Below, piece after piece: positions 1-15,200 of a stretch of DNA of 64,000 nucleotides. Every line of letters begins with the position of its first letter. Within the stretch, counting starts at the first letter, position 1. This DNA is from Rhizaria sp. SCN 62-66 (lineage: Eukaryota). A model generated the notes under the pieces. The model did not search any database, was not told where the DNA came from, and saw nothing but the letters and a program-made list of their open reading frames with translations. The stretch covers positions 1 to 64,000 of the forward strand of contig MEDY01000141.1 of the NCBI GenBank assembly GCA_001724265.1, written 5' to 3'. Made by a program: the position numbers and the translations under genes.

Positions 1-239
1 ACACCACCCTGATAAAGGGAGCTTAGGAGGTCGTTGGGTGCCGTTTCTCTGTGGATTTCCTGTGAGAGAGTCCCTTTATGTAAAATTTCGTGCGTAACAC
101 AAAACAATTTGTAAATAATTAATGGATAAGAAAGCCTAAATACATGAGCGTGAAGATATTTTCACCAAAACAACAGCAAACAATACACAAAAACATTTTT
201 AAAGAAGTCAAACATCAGACAGTGACTGCTCAGTCGAGT

Positions 240-3200
240 TTATCCGACTAAGCTGTCAACGGTGTGCCAAGTTGCGGCAGAGCTATTGTCCGCAAATGAA
301 CAGGCACTGTCGCTCTTATTCTCGCGCATGTGCACAGTAGTATCATCCACAGTAAGGTCGAACTTAAGCGCATGGTATCCCATGGCGTCAGAGTTCTCTT
401 GTACTTGCATTTGCGCTTCGGCAACAAGCCGCGCTTGGCGCGCGTCTTCACTTTCGTCAATGCCTGTAATGCTGACAGTGTCAAGTGCCGCAGCAATGTC
501 ATGTCCCGCATCTAGCGCCACAGCAATACAGGCGCCGCGTTGAGTTGAGTTAAGCTCACCGCGCTGAGCAGCCTGTGACGCTGCAACTGAGGACATAAAC
601 GCGACAAGACTGTGAGCATCCATGGCGTCATTGCGGATGCTCTTCATGCGCCGCGCATGCGCGCTGTCGTCATCACCAGCGGGGGCTGCAACGTGAAAGC
701 CCGTGGTTTCAAACGTCCGCTCGTTTGCCAGCTGCTGCTCAGCAACAGCAGCTGCTGCGGCAGAGCGTGCGATATCAAGTTTGTCGGTACTAACTTGAGA
801 GGCGGCCGCCTCTTGCGTAAGCTTGATGCGCCATGCACGCATTACAGGCGCAGTATCAGCATTCTGTGCGTGGGCCTCACGTAAAGCCGTAACAAGTGGC
901 TCCAACGATGCCTCTTCGCGTGTAAGCATCACAAAAGCAGCGACAATAACGAGGGCAAATGCCAGCACCAAAAGACAAATCAAGACGGTAACAACCGTCT
1001 TAGCAGCATCACTGATGGTCTCCACAAACAGAAAGTTGGCAAGGAAGAATACCATAAACGAAGTGAAAAGCGAGAACAATTCGGCTAACTCAGGAATCTT
1101 ATTCTCAAAGGGCCGCATTACAATCTGAATTAGAATCGACAAAAAGATGAGCAGTGATGCAAGCATCAGTTGCGTGTGCAACGCGCCTGGCAAGAAGACA
1201 GCAATTGCAACAAGACAGGCCTTACGGGCCATCTCAACAAGAAACCAGTAGTAACGTTTGGGTTTGTAGCCACGGTAGAGGAACGCCATCTGAGACTCAA
1301 ACACACTTTTTTGGTTGCGCATGATCGCGGACGCGCCAGTTGCAGGCATCATGATCAACTCACGGTTGCGGAAGAGCATGTACCAGGCAAAGAATGGGAT
1401 ACCAACGACCCAAAAGATAAGCATAGGCAGGCCGAGCGTGACAACGAAGAAAATATGCTGGGACGAATAACAAATCTCATTCATGTCACCCAAGACAACA
1501 GTCGCGCTAGGGTCGTCCGTGCCACCAACGTTTTTACACGAAAGCATGGTGAAGAATTGGCGCGTAATGTTTGGATGCAGCATAAACATGATCACGGTAA
1601 TAGTAGTGATGGCATAGCCAGAAAACTCAGAGAATATGTCGTTATACTGAGACTCGGCGACACTGAGCTTGATGCGCATTTCAGCGGCAGTGAGCTTTGG
1701 GGGCTCCGCCCTAAGCCGCTTTGCACGTTCCGTGTCAAACATATTCCTCCCTTCCTTCTCGCCGTACTGGTTGATGTACCAATCGAGCTGGTCTTCTGCG
1801 CGCACACGCTGAAATGCACGCTCTCGGGACAGTACACGCTCGCGCAACAGCTCGGCATTGTAAAGTGTTCCAAACGGCACAGTGGCTAACAGTTTGATGT
1901 TCTCAAGATCATCATCCGACTGCGGTACGCGCACAAGCTGCTCGGTTGTTTTAGAGACCTTCATTGCATGGCGTGATGCATCCGCATCAAAGAAAGGAGT
2001 CTCATATGCAATTGTAGAAAACATTTCGACTTCGCGAGCAGTGCGTTCAAACTGTGCGGTTGCATCCTCATTGCTCGCGGCATACGCGCCCGCAAGTGCA
2101 GCCTCGCTAACATGCGCGTTCTCGAGGAAGTCCATTTGGAAGATAAATTTGGAGTCATCAAGGATGCGGAAGAGACGCTTTTTAGTAATTTTATCCGTGT
2201 TAACGCCGTCCAGCTCCGCTGCAGTCGCAGCGTCGTCGCGTAGTGATTTCTGAGGAGGCGCTGCAGTGTCCTCGTGACTGCTAAAGTCCGCCTGGGTTAA
2301 GGCGTGGTCGCGCAGAGACCGAGGCGGTGTAGAAGGGTCCGGGCCCACTTCTGAGATTTGTGGCGGCGGCAGCACCGGCAGTGAGGGCAGAAATGCGATT
2401 TCGGCTGCGGGCATAATACGCCTGGGCGGGGTTGGCGCGCTAGCAGGTGGTGAGTGCTCAATCAGTGTTGGCAGTGGTGCTGTAAGGTCAATCTCGGACG
2501 CATAAGACAAGAGGAACGATGTAGTAGGTTTGGTTAAACTCGCACTAAGGTCTGCAGCCGACTCCGGCGGATGCGCGTCATCGGGATCAGATGGGTCACG
2601 GTCAGCGCACTCGCTGCTGTCGGCGAGCGATCGAGAAAAACTGGTGTCGTTGGTACTACGTGGTGCAAAGCTCGGAGTGCGAGCGCCCTTGCGCTTGCTC
2701 GGGCGCAGCGTGAATGATTGCGAGGATGCGTTACCAGGACTCAGTGGTGCAAAACCTGGCGTGCGGGACAGGTGTCGCACTATCGGGCGTGGCGGGAATG
2801 ATTGAGCACCCGGCTCAATATGCGTGAGCTCAACGGGTATCTCAGGCAGAGGCGGGTAGTTGAAAACTTGTCCACCTTGTAAACTTGAAGAGCTGTTGGA
2901 CGACGGAGGACGAGAGATGCCCTGTCTTGTCTCGGAGTCAAGGCGGGGCCATATCGTTGTTGCTGCACCTGCGACCTCAGTTGATAGCAAGTCGCCAAGC
3001 GAACGGAACGAGGACATGTCGGCAATCGGACCGAGCGAGACAAACTGTGAAGAGTAACTTAACATATCTCCGATGCTCGTGTTACGCTGAACAGCGGCAA
3101 GCGATTGATAAACAGAGCCTAAGCAGCTGGAGTGTGAGCGCGTGTGCGTGCGCAAATGTGAAACTGACGATGAAGTCTCAACTTCGCGGCTTGCAACAGT

Positions 3201-6200
3201 CTCTAAATCACACTGTGTTGCACTGTCACCAGTGGAGGCATGTGCATAACGCACCTCACTCTCATCGTGAGATGCCACATTGTCATCGATCGAAAGCTGC
3301 GGTGTTGCCGTCGGAGACGGGAACAAATTGCGCGGACGCAGACCAGTTACGGAGCGCCGCCGGCTGGATTTTATCAGCGACGCGGGCGTGTTGGGCGCAG
3401 ACGCAGAGTGCTTCTGCTTCCCCGCAGCCACATTGAACCCGGTTGGGCTTGGGGGCTGACCAGGCGGCGCCAACGGACCTGCGCCGTCAGTGCTGCTGGC
3501 TGTGCTAGCAATGCTGTAACTGCTATCTGCCTCAGAGTGGCGCGAAGGCCGAGAGCGTTTTACACTAGACCGCCGACGAGCCGATGCCTTTTCAGCATAT
3601 GAAGCAGGCGATAAGGCGCTATCCTTATCATCAAGGTTGATACCTTCGTGAATATAAAGCTCCTTAATAGAAGAAGCAGCAATCCTGTACATAGCTAGAA
3701 TGCCAAGGTCGTCACTCTCGCTGACCCCATCCCAAAAAACGGCCCGCTCGTCGGCATTTTCGCGCGCAAGCTTTGCATTGCGGTCTTTGTGGGCATCGAC
3801 GCATTGACGGGTCCGTGCGAACGCCTCGTATTCAGTCACAATCTCGACCAAAACACGCCGCTGTTCAAGAATTGTCGCGATCACGGTTTTACGGTACTCG
3901 CGTCTAGCAATAATGTAGCGCGGCGTAAAGAAGAGCATTGGTAACAGCAGCCCCATCAGAGGCAGGAACATAATACCAATCGACGTCACCCAGAATGGGT
4001 TTACGGCGGGCTTCTCACCCAAAAAGCAGTCCAAAGACAACATCGCCGTGCCGACGCCCACTGCAGAGTCAGCACCCGCAAACAATACGGCCAAGAACGC
4101 AGGCCAGCGCAGGTCATACTTGCTTGCAATAGCCATTACCTGCATACCCGACATGCCGATCTTAAGAAGTAGAGGAACCGCAGGGGCGCGCAATTCGTTC
4201 ATTGACTGACGACCATCAACAATCTGCTTCCATGAAAGTACTCCACAGACAACAACAGCGGCAGCAAACGTCGCAATCATGATCAGATACGCCACTGCTG
4301 GTTCGTTACAGCGTCCACATTTAAACGTGGAAACTTTGCCGTATCCCGGTTTGCACACAGTACAGAGTGGACCGGAGTGACCCTCGAGACAAGTATTGTC
4401 CGCGCTGCATGTTGTGTCAAAGCAGCCCTGGAACGAGGTGATTGCAGCGCGCGCATATTCAACGCTGTATGTACCAGGTGCCATAAGTTGCAAGGTGCCT
4501 TCACCTCGGGCGGCTTCTGCGTTAAGAAGAGTCAACGCTTCAATGGCCATTACGTGCGTCGGCGAGTCGTCTGTTTTGTTTGAGCTTGCGGGCGTAACAT
4601 CGATCGTCACCATAAGCGCAAGCGGAGGGAGAACAGGCACGTACTCAGACACAATTGATAAGGTAGCCACGCTCTGATTAGAGCTAACTGTTACCGTATT
4701 TGCATCTACAACTCTTGCGTCGACAAGCACAAAACGTTCACGTGGCCAAGTCGAGGAGTCAAACAATAGCTTGGTAGTCTTGGCAAGCGCGACTCGGCGG
4801 GCATCTCTCATATCAGTTGTGCCGGGCACCGCAACAGGCACGGTGATGCGTGCAACGTGCGGCATGTCGCGGAAGTTGACTGATGGCGCAAAGGAGGGGA
4901 GAGACTTCACATTATAAACTGAGACGCCAGCATAAGAGCAATCAGCACCAGACATGCATGCTACGCAGCGACGATCTACCGTCATGTACGAGCCAACCTT
5001 GCAGTGGCAGTACGAATAGTCGACGGTATGCTCCGCGCCCAGTGGGCATGCTTCGCACTGCGCACTGCCTTCATGCTCGGCAAACGTACCCGGTGCACAT
5101 TGGGTGCATGTTGCCGCACGTTCTTGTGAGAATGTTCCACGCGGGCACTGAGTACAGGTTGTTGATCCAAGCTCGGAGTAGGTACCAACGGGACACGGTA
5201 AGCATGAGCTGGCGCCAGTAGTATTTGAATAAAACCCAGCAATGCACTCCCGACAGTACGACTGAGACCACATGTCGTTTGCAGTCCCCGGGGCACACAA
5301 AGAGCACAAGAGGCCATCGTTGTGTTGACCTGGCGGACACTGTACGTACGACAGCAGCACCTCCTCACGTGTGAGCTCGCCATAACGTTGCATAACTGTT
5401 ACCGTACGGTCGACTGCTGAGTTGCCAGGCGTGTAACAAGTCAGCTCGCGATGCGGGTTGGACCGCACGTGGGTGACATTCTTGCACAAAAGGCCGCCAA
5501 TAGAGATGCTTGTACCTGCGGATCCAAAGTTCTCGCCACGCAGCACAAGTTGCGATCCGCCCTCGCGTGCGCACTCACGAATGACAGTGTCGGACACGCG
5601 CTCGCAGCCGGTGATGCTGGTAAGTGTGGGCACGGCATATGAGATGCGGTTGCGTCCCTCGTAGCGCTGTGTACCAGCTTTTACAATTAATGACAGGCCG
5701 GACCCAGTACCTGCAGGGAGACGGCAGGTAAAAAGCATATGGCTCTCACGCACGACATTGCTACATTGACGCCCGCTAATGAGCGCAGACAGCGGCTCTA
5801 AAAAGCCGGAGCCGGACACAGTCAGCCGCACATCACCACTGTCAGTAGGACAACCTGAGGTGCTCCCGGCGGCGTAGTCGTCCTGTGGACAACCAAAAAC
5901 AGAGTTGACAATGGGAATCTGCGGGTATGAGTAGCGATCCGTTGAGATGGCAACGCGATGCGCAATTGTAAGGCGGAAACGCAAATCAAGCTCATTAACA
6001 CTGTCTTTTGTACGGCACACAATGGTACGCTGTTGAGAGCTGTAAAGTGTGGATAAATCTCTGTTAAAGATACAGGGAAACGGGTAGTCGTCAGGCGTGG
6101 TGCCCAGACCGTACATAATACTAATGAGGTCGGGCCGGTCCAAGAAGAGATTGTCCACATCTAAGCCAACATTCTCACCAAGACTGGTAAGACTTACGTA

Positions 6201-9200
6201 ATCGTTAGTTCGCTGAGTGGGGCCTGACGCTGTAATTGTGTGCAGCGTAAAAGGCACGAAGGCATGCATTGGGTAGCTAATAACAACACCGCTATTGATG
6301 GCAAGTGCAGCTGTGCTGTTAGACCACGCCCAGTTCCAGGCCGTGCAGTCTACACTGCCTGTCGCTTCGGTGCTGACGGCATTTGGCCGCACACAGTATT
6401 GCAAACGAATATACAGGCCTGCGCCTTGTCCTGCAACCAACGTGCACTGAACATAAAACGTTGCCGGTGCACCATTATCATCACGCATAGCGACTGTAGC
6501 AGAGACGTCACGACACTCGTACGTCAAAAGCTCAGGATTGGCGTACAACGTCTTGTTCGGATTGGTATACTGCACGCGGGTAATGTACGGTGCGGCAACG
6601 TGTGCGCCCGCAGCAACAGTAAAACGCACAATCTGTCCACCCCGCGCGTTGCTAGGGATGACTTCCCTGGTTGCAGCGTGATACTCCACGGTGCCTGCAG
6701 TTGAGGCAATGTTAACTGGAGTTTTGGTCAGCGTTACGTAAGGCGTGCACACGTATGAACCAAACGTATTTACACACTTGGAGTGAGGCCCGAATAAAGC
6801 TGCGCAGTCGACATAGTACATGCCACCAAACGCCAGTTTGTCACACTCGTCAATATCATGGCAGGTCGGCGACGCAGGCAACCATGTCCCAGATGCAGTG
6901 CACGTGCGCTCGTAGCGTGCGCTACCACCTGAGAGAATAAAGCCGGTTTCGCAAGTATAGACGGCCTTTGACATGTAACGCGTGGGGCCTTCAACCATTG
7001 TGTCGTCGAACTCATACTTAATAGGCTGAGCGTAAAGAACAATCTCCGGCGTAGGAGCTCCGCAGTCAACGGCGGAGCACAACGGATTAACAGCAGGAAC
7101 CCAGCCCTCTGCCTCAGTGCCACAACGGCGAAATGGCAATAACGCACCGGTGATAGGATTCCGCGGTTCGAATCCAACGCTGCAAGTGTAACTTGCGGTA
7201 GTACCATAAGAATACGGAGTAAGACCACTGTTGCCTGTGTTGAGCGTGTCTGCATAGTAAATTCGGTCGCCGTGTTCTGGCACTGTAAGCTCTCCGCATT
7301 GATTTACTTCGCAATTGGGAGCAAAGGCCGGTGTCCACCCCTTTGGCGTACACTCGCGGCGTGCAGCTAACACGTTCACACCGCGCTGTTGTACAGCCGC
7401 AACGTAGCCAGTGCCATCAGAGACGGTGTAACCCGTATAGCGCATATTGTACCCGGAATAGCATTGATACTCGACCCATGAAGTGTTAAGATAGGAGCCA
7501 TATGAGCCATGCTGACCGGCTGAGTAGATGGCAACATCTGCGTTCGAGATAGAGCGTGGAATGCCGCAGCTGTAGGGAAGGCACGTCCGCTCGGGGCCCG
7601 ACCACGCACCTGTAGCTGTGCACGTAATGCTGGCATTAGTGTGGCTAACATACGCGCCATAATCACATGTTAATGTTGCGGTAACTCCATACATGTTGGT
7701 CAGCGAGGCAGGACTCTGAGTGACATAACCTAGCAGCGCAACACTTAACGCTGGACACGGCTGTGGTACGCAACGCGGCGGATCAACTGGCTGCCACCCT
7801 TCAGAAACAATACACACACGCTCTGTGTACTTCGTGTCCTTGTCCCAAATGTAGCCGTTGGCGCACGAGTACGTTGCAGTGGTACCTGCAAAGTACGTGT
7901 TGGTGGCAGTTTCAATGGTGACCGTTTTGTTGTTTCGCGTAAATACGATGGGGTTTTGCTTTGCGGCATCTGCTTGTAACCCCACACATGTGTTAGAGCG
8001 GCAAATAGGAAACCGACCGCTCCATTCTCCGGAGGCCTGGCAGATCTGCACCATGTCACCGTCAGTGTGTTCATGTTGTGCAAGACACTCGAAGGTTGCA
8101 ACAGACTGATACTTGCGCGCACCATAAGGTAATGGTGAGTAAACAACATTTCCGACGTTGTTGGTAAGCGTGTGAAGCGGGCATTCAACGGGCACGCATA
8201 GCGGTGCCGTTACAGAGCTCCATCCACCGGCAGTGCAAGTCAATGCCGCAGCGGCACCGTTGAGCGTAAAGCCGCTCTCACAACCGTACTCATACACAGC
8301 ACCAAAGGCGTACAAGTCACCCTCAGGTGCAGTCGTCTTTAGGACCGGCGCAGTGCCGTGAGGGTCCTTTGCAGGCAAAGCGCCACACGAAAAGACTCCA
8401 CATGTTGGCAGTGGCGCCGACCAGCCCGTTGCACGACAGGTCATTGTTTGCACACAGGTTGTGACCGCTGGAGTAACAGCCGTGTTAGTGATGCATGTGG
8501 TGTTGGCACCAGGGCTTGGAGTAAGACTAAAGCCGGATGTACACGCAGCGGTCGCAACAGCAAGATAATTGGTCATGCCGTAACCGTGGCTTTCATAAGT
8601 CACGGCTCCACGGAAGAGCGCCGGAAGCGTCTGGCAGTCAATAAGCGTAACGCCAATCGGAGCCGAAGTGAACGGAATAAAGGTCATGCCATCCAAGCGC
8701 ACAATCTGCAGCTTTGGCACAACAGCACCGTTCGCAGCGGTGCCGTTGTGCATTTGCGTGTAAACCGCGCATTTAATCCAAAAGTTAAGCACAACCGTGT
8801 GTGCTGCAGTCAACCGCATTGAGGTTGATGCCAGCGCAACCCATGCGTCGTCTAGTGGTACATCGGTCTTGACCTCCCTAATAGGCGCGCCATAGCAGTT
8901 GGCGTACGTGCTGTCGACCGAGACATTAACAGTGACATATCGTCCTATGGGACTAATTGCGTCGCCAGGCAGGAAACTTAGCGAGAGCATCGTTGGCTCT
9001 TGGACGTAGATGAGCGCGGGCAAATCAGGCATTGTAAAGCGGTTCTCAACGGGAAAGGTCGTTGTAGTAAAGTCGCTATAAAAAACGTCCGCAAACGGCT
9101 GCAACAAAACAAACACCTGAGGCAATGTTGCAGAGCAATAGATGCTCATAAATAACTCACTGACGCCAACTGGGACAGTTAACGACAACGTGGCCGAGAA

Positions 9201-12200
9201 AAGTGTGGTGTTGGTCACTCCAAGCGCAGCAAATGTGCAGGCCGCGTCAGATGCTGACAGCGTAAACTGAGCAGCGGTAGCAGTAGGTGCTGGAAGTAAG
9301 CGCACACAAATCGTGGACACCATCTGAACAGCAAGGCGTGTCATTGTGGCTTTGCCGGCAAGAGGGAACACTGAAGAGTGAACCACAGCGGGGTCTTCCA
9401 CCCACGCTGCACCACGGACACGAAACGAAGCGCCCGAGAAACGATCATACCAGCTGTTAATCTCGTTATTAATCGCAATGATTGCGGGACCAAATTCGGT
9501 TTCAGTTTGGCAGTTGATTGCAATATCGACAGTAATGGTTGTCGCATCAAATACAAGTTGCATTGGCCCATACACAAGCGCTAAACCGATAGAGGCATCC
9601 TCTGCGGTGCGGAATGCGCACACGGGAGTAATCGAGCTCAGCGGCTGGACATTAATTGTGAGTGTTGTGTTAAGCTCAGCAATGGGGCTAATGCGCAAAG
9701 TGAAAAACCAGTCCTTATTTGCAATAATCTCGCCAGAAAACGCGGTTGACGCTTCCACAAGTGCGGTAGTAAAAAAGACGGAGCCGCGGATGTGCAGTGG
9801 GACTGAAAGCACAGGAAGATGGATGTTGCCTGCAACAACCTCTGTCAGAATGCTGACGTCTTTATTACTTGTTGCAGCACATGACGCATAAACAAGCTTA
9901 TACGTGTCACCTAATACAAACTGAAGCGTCGCAGTCGTAGAAAACTGCGCAACACCAGTAGTTGAGTACGTCGTAAAACCGCACATTCCAACGTTACTGG
10001 TGAATGACACACGCACATTGGCAGGAGAGAGCACAGCAGGGATCATGCGCACACGCAGAGCGGTCACATTAGCGGCCGGTGAGCGCAGGTAGTATGGACT
10101 AGGCAGCACCGCAGCGCCGGAGGGCGCCGCAGTAAGACTAAACGTATCGCGCGAGTCAAGATCTGTGATTTCGCGGTCTACTCCAACAATTCCAGCAGGA
10201 ACAATAAAGTCAAGACTAATAAGACCATATGCCGGGGTAGGACCCAGTCCAACGCCAATGTACGCGTTGCCCTCAATAATGATGACCGAACCAATATTGT
10301 GAGCGCGACGACAAGTCATGGTTGCAGTGAAAGGCTCTGAAAGCTCCTTCTGCACGAAGATTGGCTCGCGGATTGCTGCGCTAGAGCCAATTTCAAATAC
10401 ACAGTCGGAAGACGAAGACATTTGCTTGATGGCGATGGTTTGCAGCGTTAAAGGCGCGGGAGAAAATGTTGCAGTAATCGTGTACCGCTTAAGCACAACA
10501 AAGAAATCGAATGTCTCAACTGGAGCATCATCGATCAAAAACGTAAGCGTACCGCGGGTCTGCAGCGGCGCAGAAAGAAAAGGAGCGTAATAAACCAGCG
10601 CGTTGGGAATCACACGTGCAGAGATGTGCGGTGGGACCGACGCGGGGTTTGTGCAGATCACTGTTATAGAAAAGCTTGCTGCACCACTTGCAACGGGGAC
10701 TTGAGTCTGCGCAGCGCCCTGCTCAGCAAAGGTACACTGCGCAGTCGAGCTGGTAAATGACAGCTCAAGTGTTGCAGCTGTAGGCAATGCGGGACTAAAG
10801 GCAAACTCAATGGGGACCAATGCGTTAAGGGGGAACTCTTGCACAACACTCTCATTATTAAGCTTTTCGGGCTCCATATCACCTGCAGCAGCAATGCGAA
10901 CACGGCCAAGGAGATGCATCTGCAGCGGTTGCCATTGAGCAAACATAACGGTTTCATCCACATTTGTGATGCGCGTGTCCATTATCTCTGACTCGCGAAT
11001 TGACGTGCAGACAAGCTCAAATGCTACAACACCGTACATGGCATCAGTCGATGACACGAGCATGGAGAGTGAAGAAGAGGACGTTCCGTTGCGGCGAAAC
11101 GCACAAACACCCGTAAAAATGTCGCTGACAGATAGCTTGACAGCCTCCGTGCGTGTTGCGGGAAGCGCCCATTGCAGCTCAAGGACAACAGGTGTGTCGT
11201 CAAAAAAGTACTGCGGTACAACAGGAGTAGCAAAAGCTTCTCCGGAAAGAGGCAAGGGGCTGAATGTAGTGTCGACCACGGCAAGTTTGGGTTGAACGTA
11301 AAGCGTGAATGAAGTGGGATGCATCGAGAATCGCGGAGGATACAGATGCGACTCAGCGGCGCGCACCAGAGTCACGGTGACTGTGTTGTTGAGAGCAGTA
11401 AGTGAGCAGATCATAAGAACAGCTTTGCGCGCTACGTCCTGCAATGAAAAGCGTGCGGTGAGTGTCGGTGTAATAATGCCTGCAAACATTGCGTTTGCGT
11501 AGTCGCTTTGGGTACGGATAGTGTCTAAAACCGCCAATGCGGACGCGGGCGCAAAAGCACATGCATCGCCACCTGTGTGGATATAGCTGTTGTTGGTGAA
11601 ACGGTTAACAACAGCATCAACGGCAAGCTCAATATACATTGGAGTAAATATTGGCAATGTGGCATACAACGCAAGTGCAGGGGGGTAAACGGGAATGAGT
11701 TTGACTTGCGAACGTAGCCATGCAATGATAGGATTGTTCGAAACAATATTGTAGCCGGTGGCAGTCTCCGATAGGACTGTAATTGCAAGACTGACCTTGT
11801 CTTTTGGTGCAATGGCCTCAACGCAGCGCATCATAATAGTGAAGCTCGAGATCATATCGAACTCAAGCTCGCGCAAGGACTGGCTATTATATCCAATTTC
11901 GCAAGGCACAGCCAACGGCAGGCCACTACGAAGCAGTTCAAGACGCACACGCGTGGCAGAAGCAAAGGCGGGTGTTGCATACACAGTGACGTCAACCATT
12001 GAAACAGGTGCGGCACCAATCTCAAACTCAAATGGCACAGGCATGTCGGCTACTGCATATACACTGCCGTAGACGCGCTTGGGCGGAAGCAAGGCCCCCG
12101 CAAAACCCTTGTCAGTTTCAACCTTAAGTGCGACCGTTACGCCTGAGCTTGTTGGTGTCATGCACCGCATGCGCGCAAGGAGAATTGTGTTGACAACAAT

Positions 12201-15200
12201 GCGCGCGACGTCATCAGGAAGCACAATTGAGACAGTCAGCTCAGCCTCTGGCGCAGCCACTGGCGGCTCAGCGGCGACAAGAGAGCAGTCACCGTCATTT
12301 ACCGGTAATTGGAGCGTAAAGTTAGTAGAGTCCACCATTGTAGCATCCATGCGCACAGCGATGTCAATATCAACGCCAGCAGGGTATTCCGTTGGATTGG
12401 CGCCAGGCGGGGCAGCTACACGGGGAGTGGTCGTCAATGTATAGGTTGGGCGAATGTGAATAACGCTCGTCAGAAGGCTCGGCTCAGCAATAGCAGAGCC
12501 TGCTTGCAGTGTTCCAACCCAAGCAGTTCTCTCAACGCGCAGCGGGTTTGCAAGCGCGGTGGATGCAGTGCAGTAGATTACAAAAAGTGTTGATAATGCT
12601 TCACCACTGATCATAGATACGACAATCTCCGCAGCGCCACTGGAAAATGTACACGGTGGAGGTGTACCATCGCCCAACTTTAAACGCAGGCGTAGCACGC
12701 GCACACGCGCAAGGACGTGCTCATCGACAATAGCAATCGGCGCCGTAGAATACGGCGGGTGTGTGCTGAATTCCCTTGGCACACCCATGTCATCAAGCGT
12801 GACAATCGAAAGCTTCCAGGCATAGGAGTCGGCAGGCGCAGGTGCAACGCGGGTATTTACGGCGGGTAAAGCAAACACAGACATGCGTGCAGGACCGGAT
12901 ATGCCGGTTGCATCAAGTCCATTTGTCGACCACGCGATGTCCTCAGGATTGAGCACAACTATGAGAGGTGAGCACGACACCGAGGGCTCGTGTTCACTTT
13001 CTGCAATAGGATTGCGGACGCTGTCGACAGTCACGGTGATTATTGCCCCCACTGACTCAGGAAGGGGGAAAGAAACAGTGGCTGATGCGTCGACCGTGAA
13101 GGCGCTGCTAACACCATCAATTGCGAGCTGCGTAACCTCCGCAAAAGAGGATGACTGCGGACCCGTAATCGTGCACTGCATGCCCATTGTGGGAACCACA
13201 AAAGAGCCGAGCGAAAACTCGATAGTCCAGCTACTCAGCGCACCACGCTCGCGAGAAGTCATGGTTGTAGTGCTGTCAGGCTCCTCGGTGGAGCGGAAGA
13301 GCTCAACAATACCCACGCCATTAAGGCTCCCCATTACGGCAAGGTAGGCGCCGTGCTGAGAATAGGCCATGCTAACAATCTCAGTAAACGCGGTCATTGT
13401 GCTTGTGTAATAAAGCGCGAACTCATTCTCAAGCGCGGCGGCGATGTTGGCGCGAGAGAGGTCACGAGTGGGGCCACGCGGCACATGAACAAGATGGCCT
13501 GAGCTGGCTGCAACAGGCAGAATGTAGCAATCTAAATCACCGTTACGGAGAATGCGCACGGGAATAATGGTAGCACTGTCCGCACAGGAGTACATCAGCA
13601 TCTGACCAGTTGGATGCACAGCGAGAGTGGCAACGGGACACACTGCTAAAAACACGGGGACGTGCTGGGCGCTAAAAATAACTGCACCACCAACAACCGA
13701 GAGCTTGGCAGTAAGAATAAGACCCTCCTTAGTTGCAACATAAAATTCACCAGTTGGCTTATGCAAGGCGGCGGCTGTCACCGTGATAGGCGATTCACTG
13801 AGTGTTAAAGTGTCGGGACAACTGAAGCCCATGTGCTCTGTCAAAATGTCGTTCATCGAGCGGTCTGAAAGTCCGAGGTTTTCACGAATCGACGCATGAC
13901 ACACGCGGACGGCACCAGAGCGGTAGAAGAATGCAACACGCGTTGATGCAACACCAAGAAGTAAAGGCTCATCCGCGGTCCAATCAAGAGCAGCAACCAC
14001 AACATCACCTGCAACAGCGCTGGAAAAGTTAATTGGCGATTGTATGCGTTGAAGCAGCTCACGCGTCAGAACATTGTCAGCACCAGAAGCGCGAAGCGTG
14101 CGCGGGTTAAGACGCACAAGCATCACGACTTCAGCATCGTCATTGTACACGATCACAAGAGCGCCAGTAAGCTCTGCGGAGCTCACAACATGCATGTGTG
14201 CTGCACCACTTAAGCCCAGACGATGAGCAAAGAGAGCGCGGTCAAATGGCAAGTCAAGATAGTCGTTGTGCGGTGCAGGCTGGGGGTCCTGGCCAGCTAG
14301 AGTGTGGAAGCGGAGCGCATCTACGAGCCCTGAGCCGGAGGTTGACACAAGCGAGACAAGCGTGCCCTGCGCACCATAGGCTGCAGCTGCGTTGGGAGCT
14401 GGGGCAGCAAGCGCGGCGCGCGCCGGGGACCAGTCACCAGTCATGTCATACGCCTGGTAGCTCATCTTGAAACAGCCGTGATGACCGGCAGCGTGGGCGT
14501 AGCAAAGCGAGCTGCCGGTGTTCGCGTTCCAGCTCACAGCGCGCGCGGTCGAAGGCAAGTGACCGGCGGGCGCGCGGTGAGAGTAGCCAAGAGCGCCGCT
14601 TGGACGCATCGCAGGGCGTGGAAACCGCAATCCGTTTGGCGTTGCTACGGGGGTAGCACCGCGTGAGGCGGTGAGGGCGGTTGCACCAATAAAGAGAGAC
14701 GCAGGATCGGAGAGCGTGACTTCAAGATTGATTGCAAGGACCAGTGGAGCGCCAGCAATCACCGACGTGACGGGGCTTCCTCGGGGCGTGCATGTTACGG
14801 CAGTGCCGGTCGGGACGCAATCAACAGTAACAACCCAGTCAACATTGATAGCGCGCATCTCCACAGTCTGAGCCGCAAACACACCATACGGCTGTGCAAA
14901 CGACCACGTAACTGCGCCATCGTGCACCGCGTTAGGGGACGCAAACCACGCACGCCAGCGGCCCGTCTCACCAAAAACGGGCACTGAATACTGCGCCGCA
15001 ATAAGACTGGGCGTAATTAAAGCAAACCAGCTGTACTCAGGCAGCGCAATGTCCGTCACAGCAGCAAAACCAGTCGTACCCGACTGCTGCAAGATGAGAC
15101 GAAGAGCGACGGCTGCAGGCAGCGCAGCCGGACCTAAAGTTGTGGGCATAGGACCTACTGGAATCATCGCGGTGTAAGATGAAACATAGTCGGAAATAAA

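Noticed and set aside
7165-7176. GGTTCGAATCC T-loop-like motif (checked while looking for a suppressor tRNA)
   Set aside because: It lies inside a Sushi-domain coding sequence (GFEP on the minus strand) with no cloverleaf. No tRNA gene was seen in this window.
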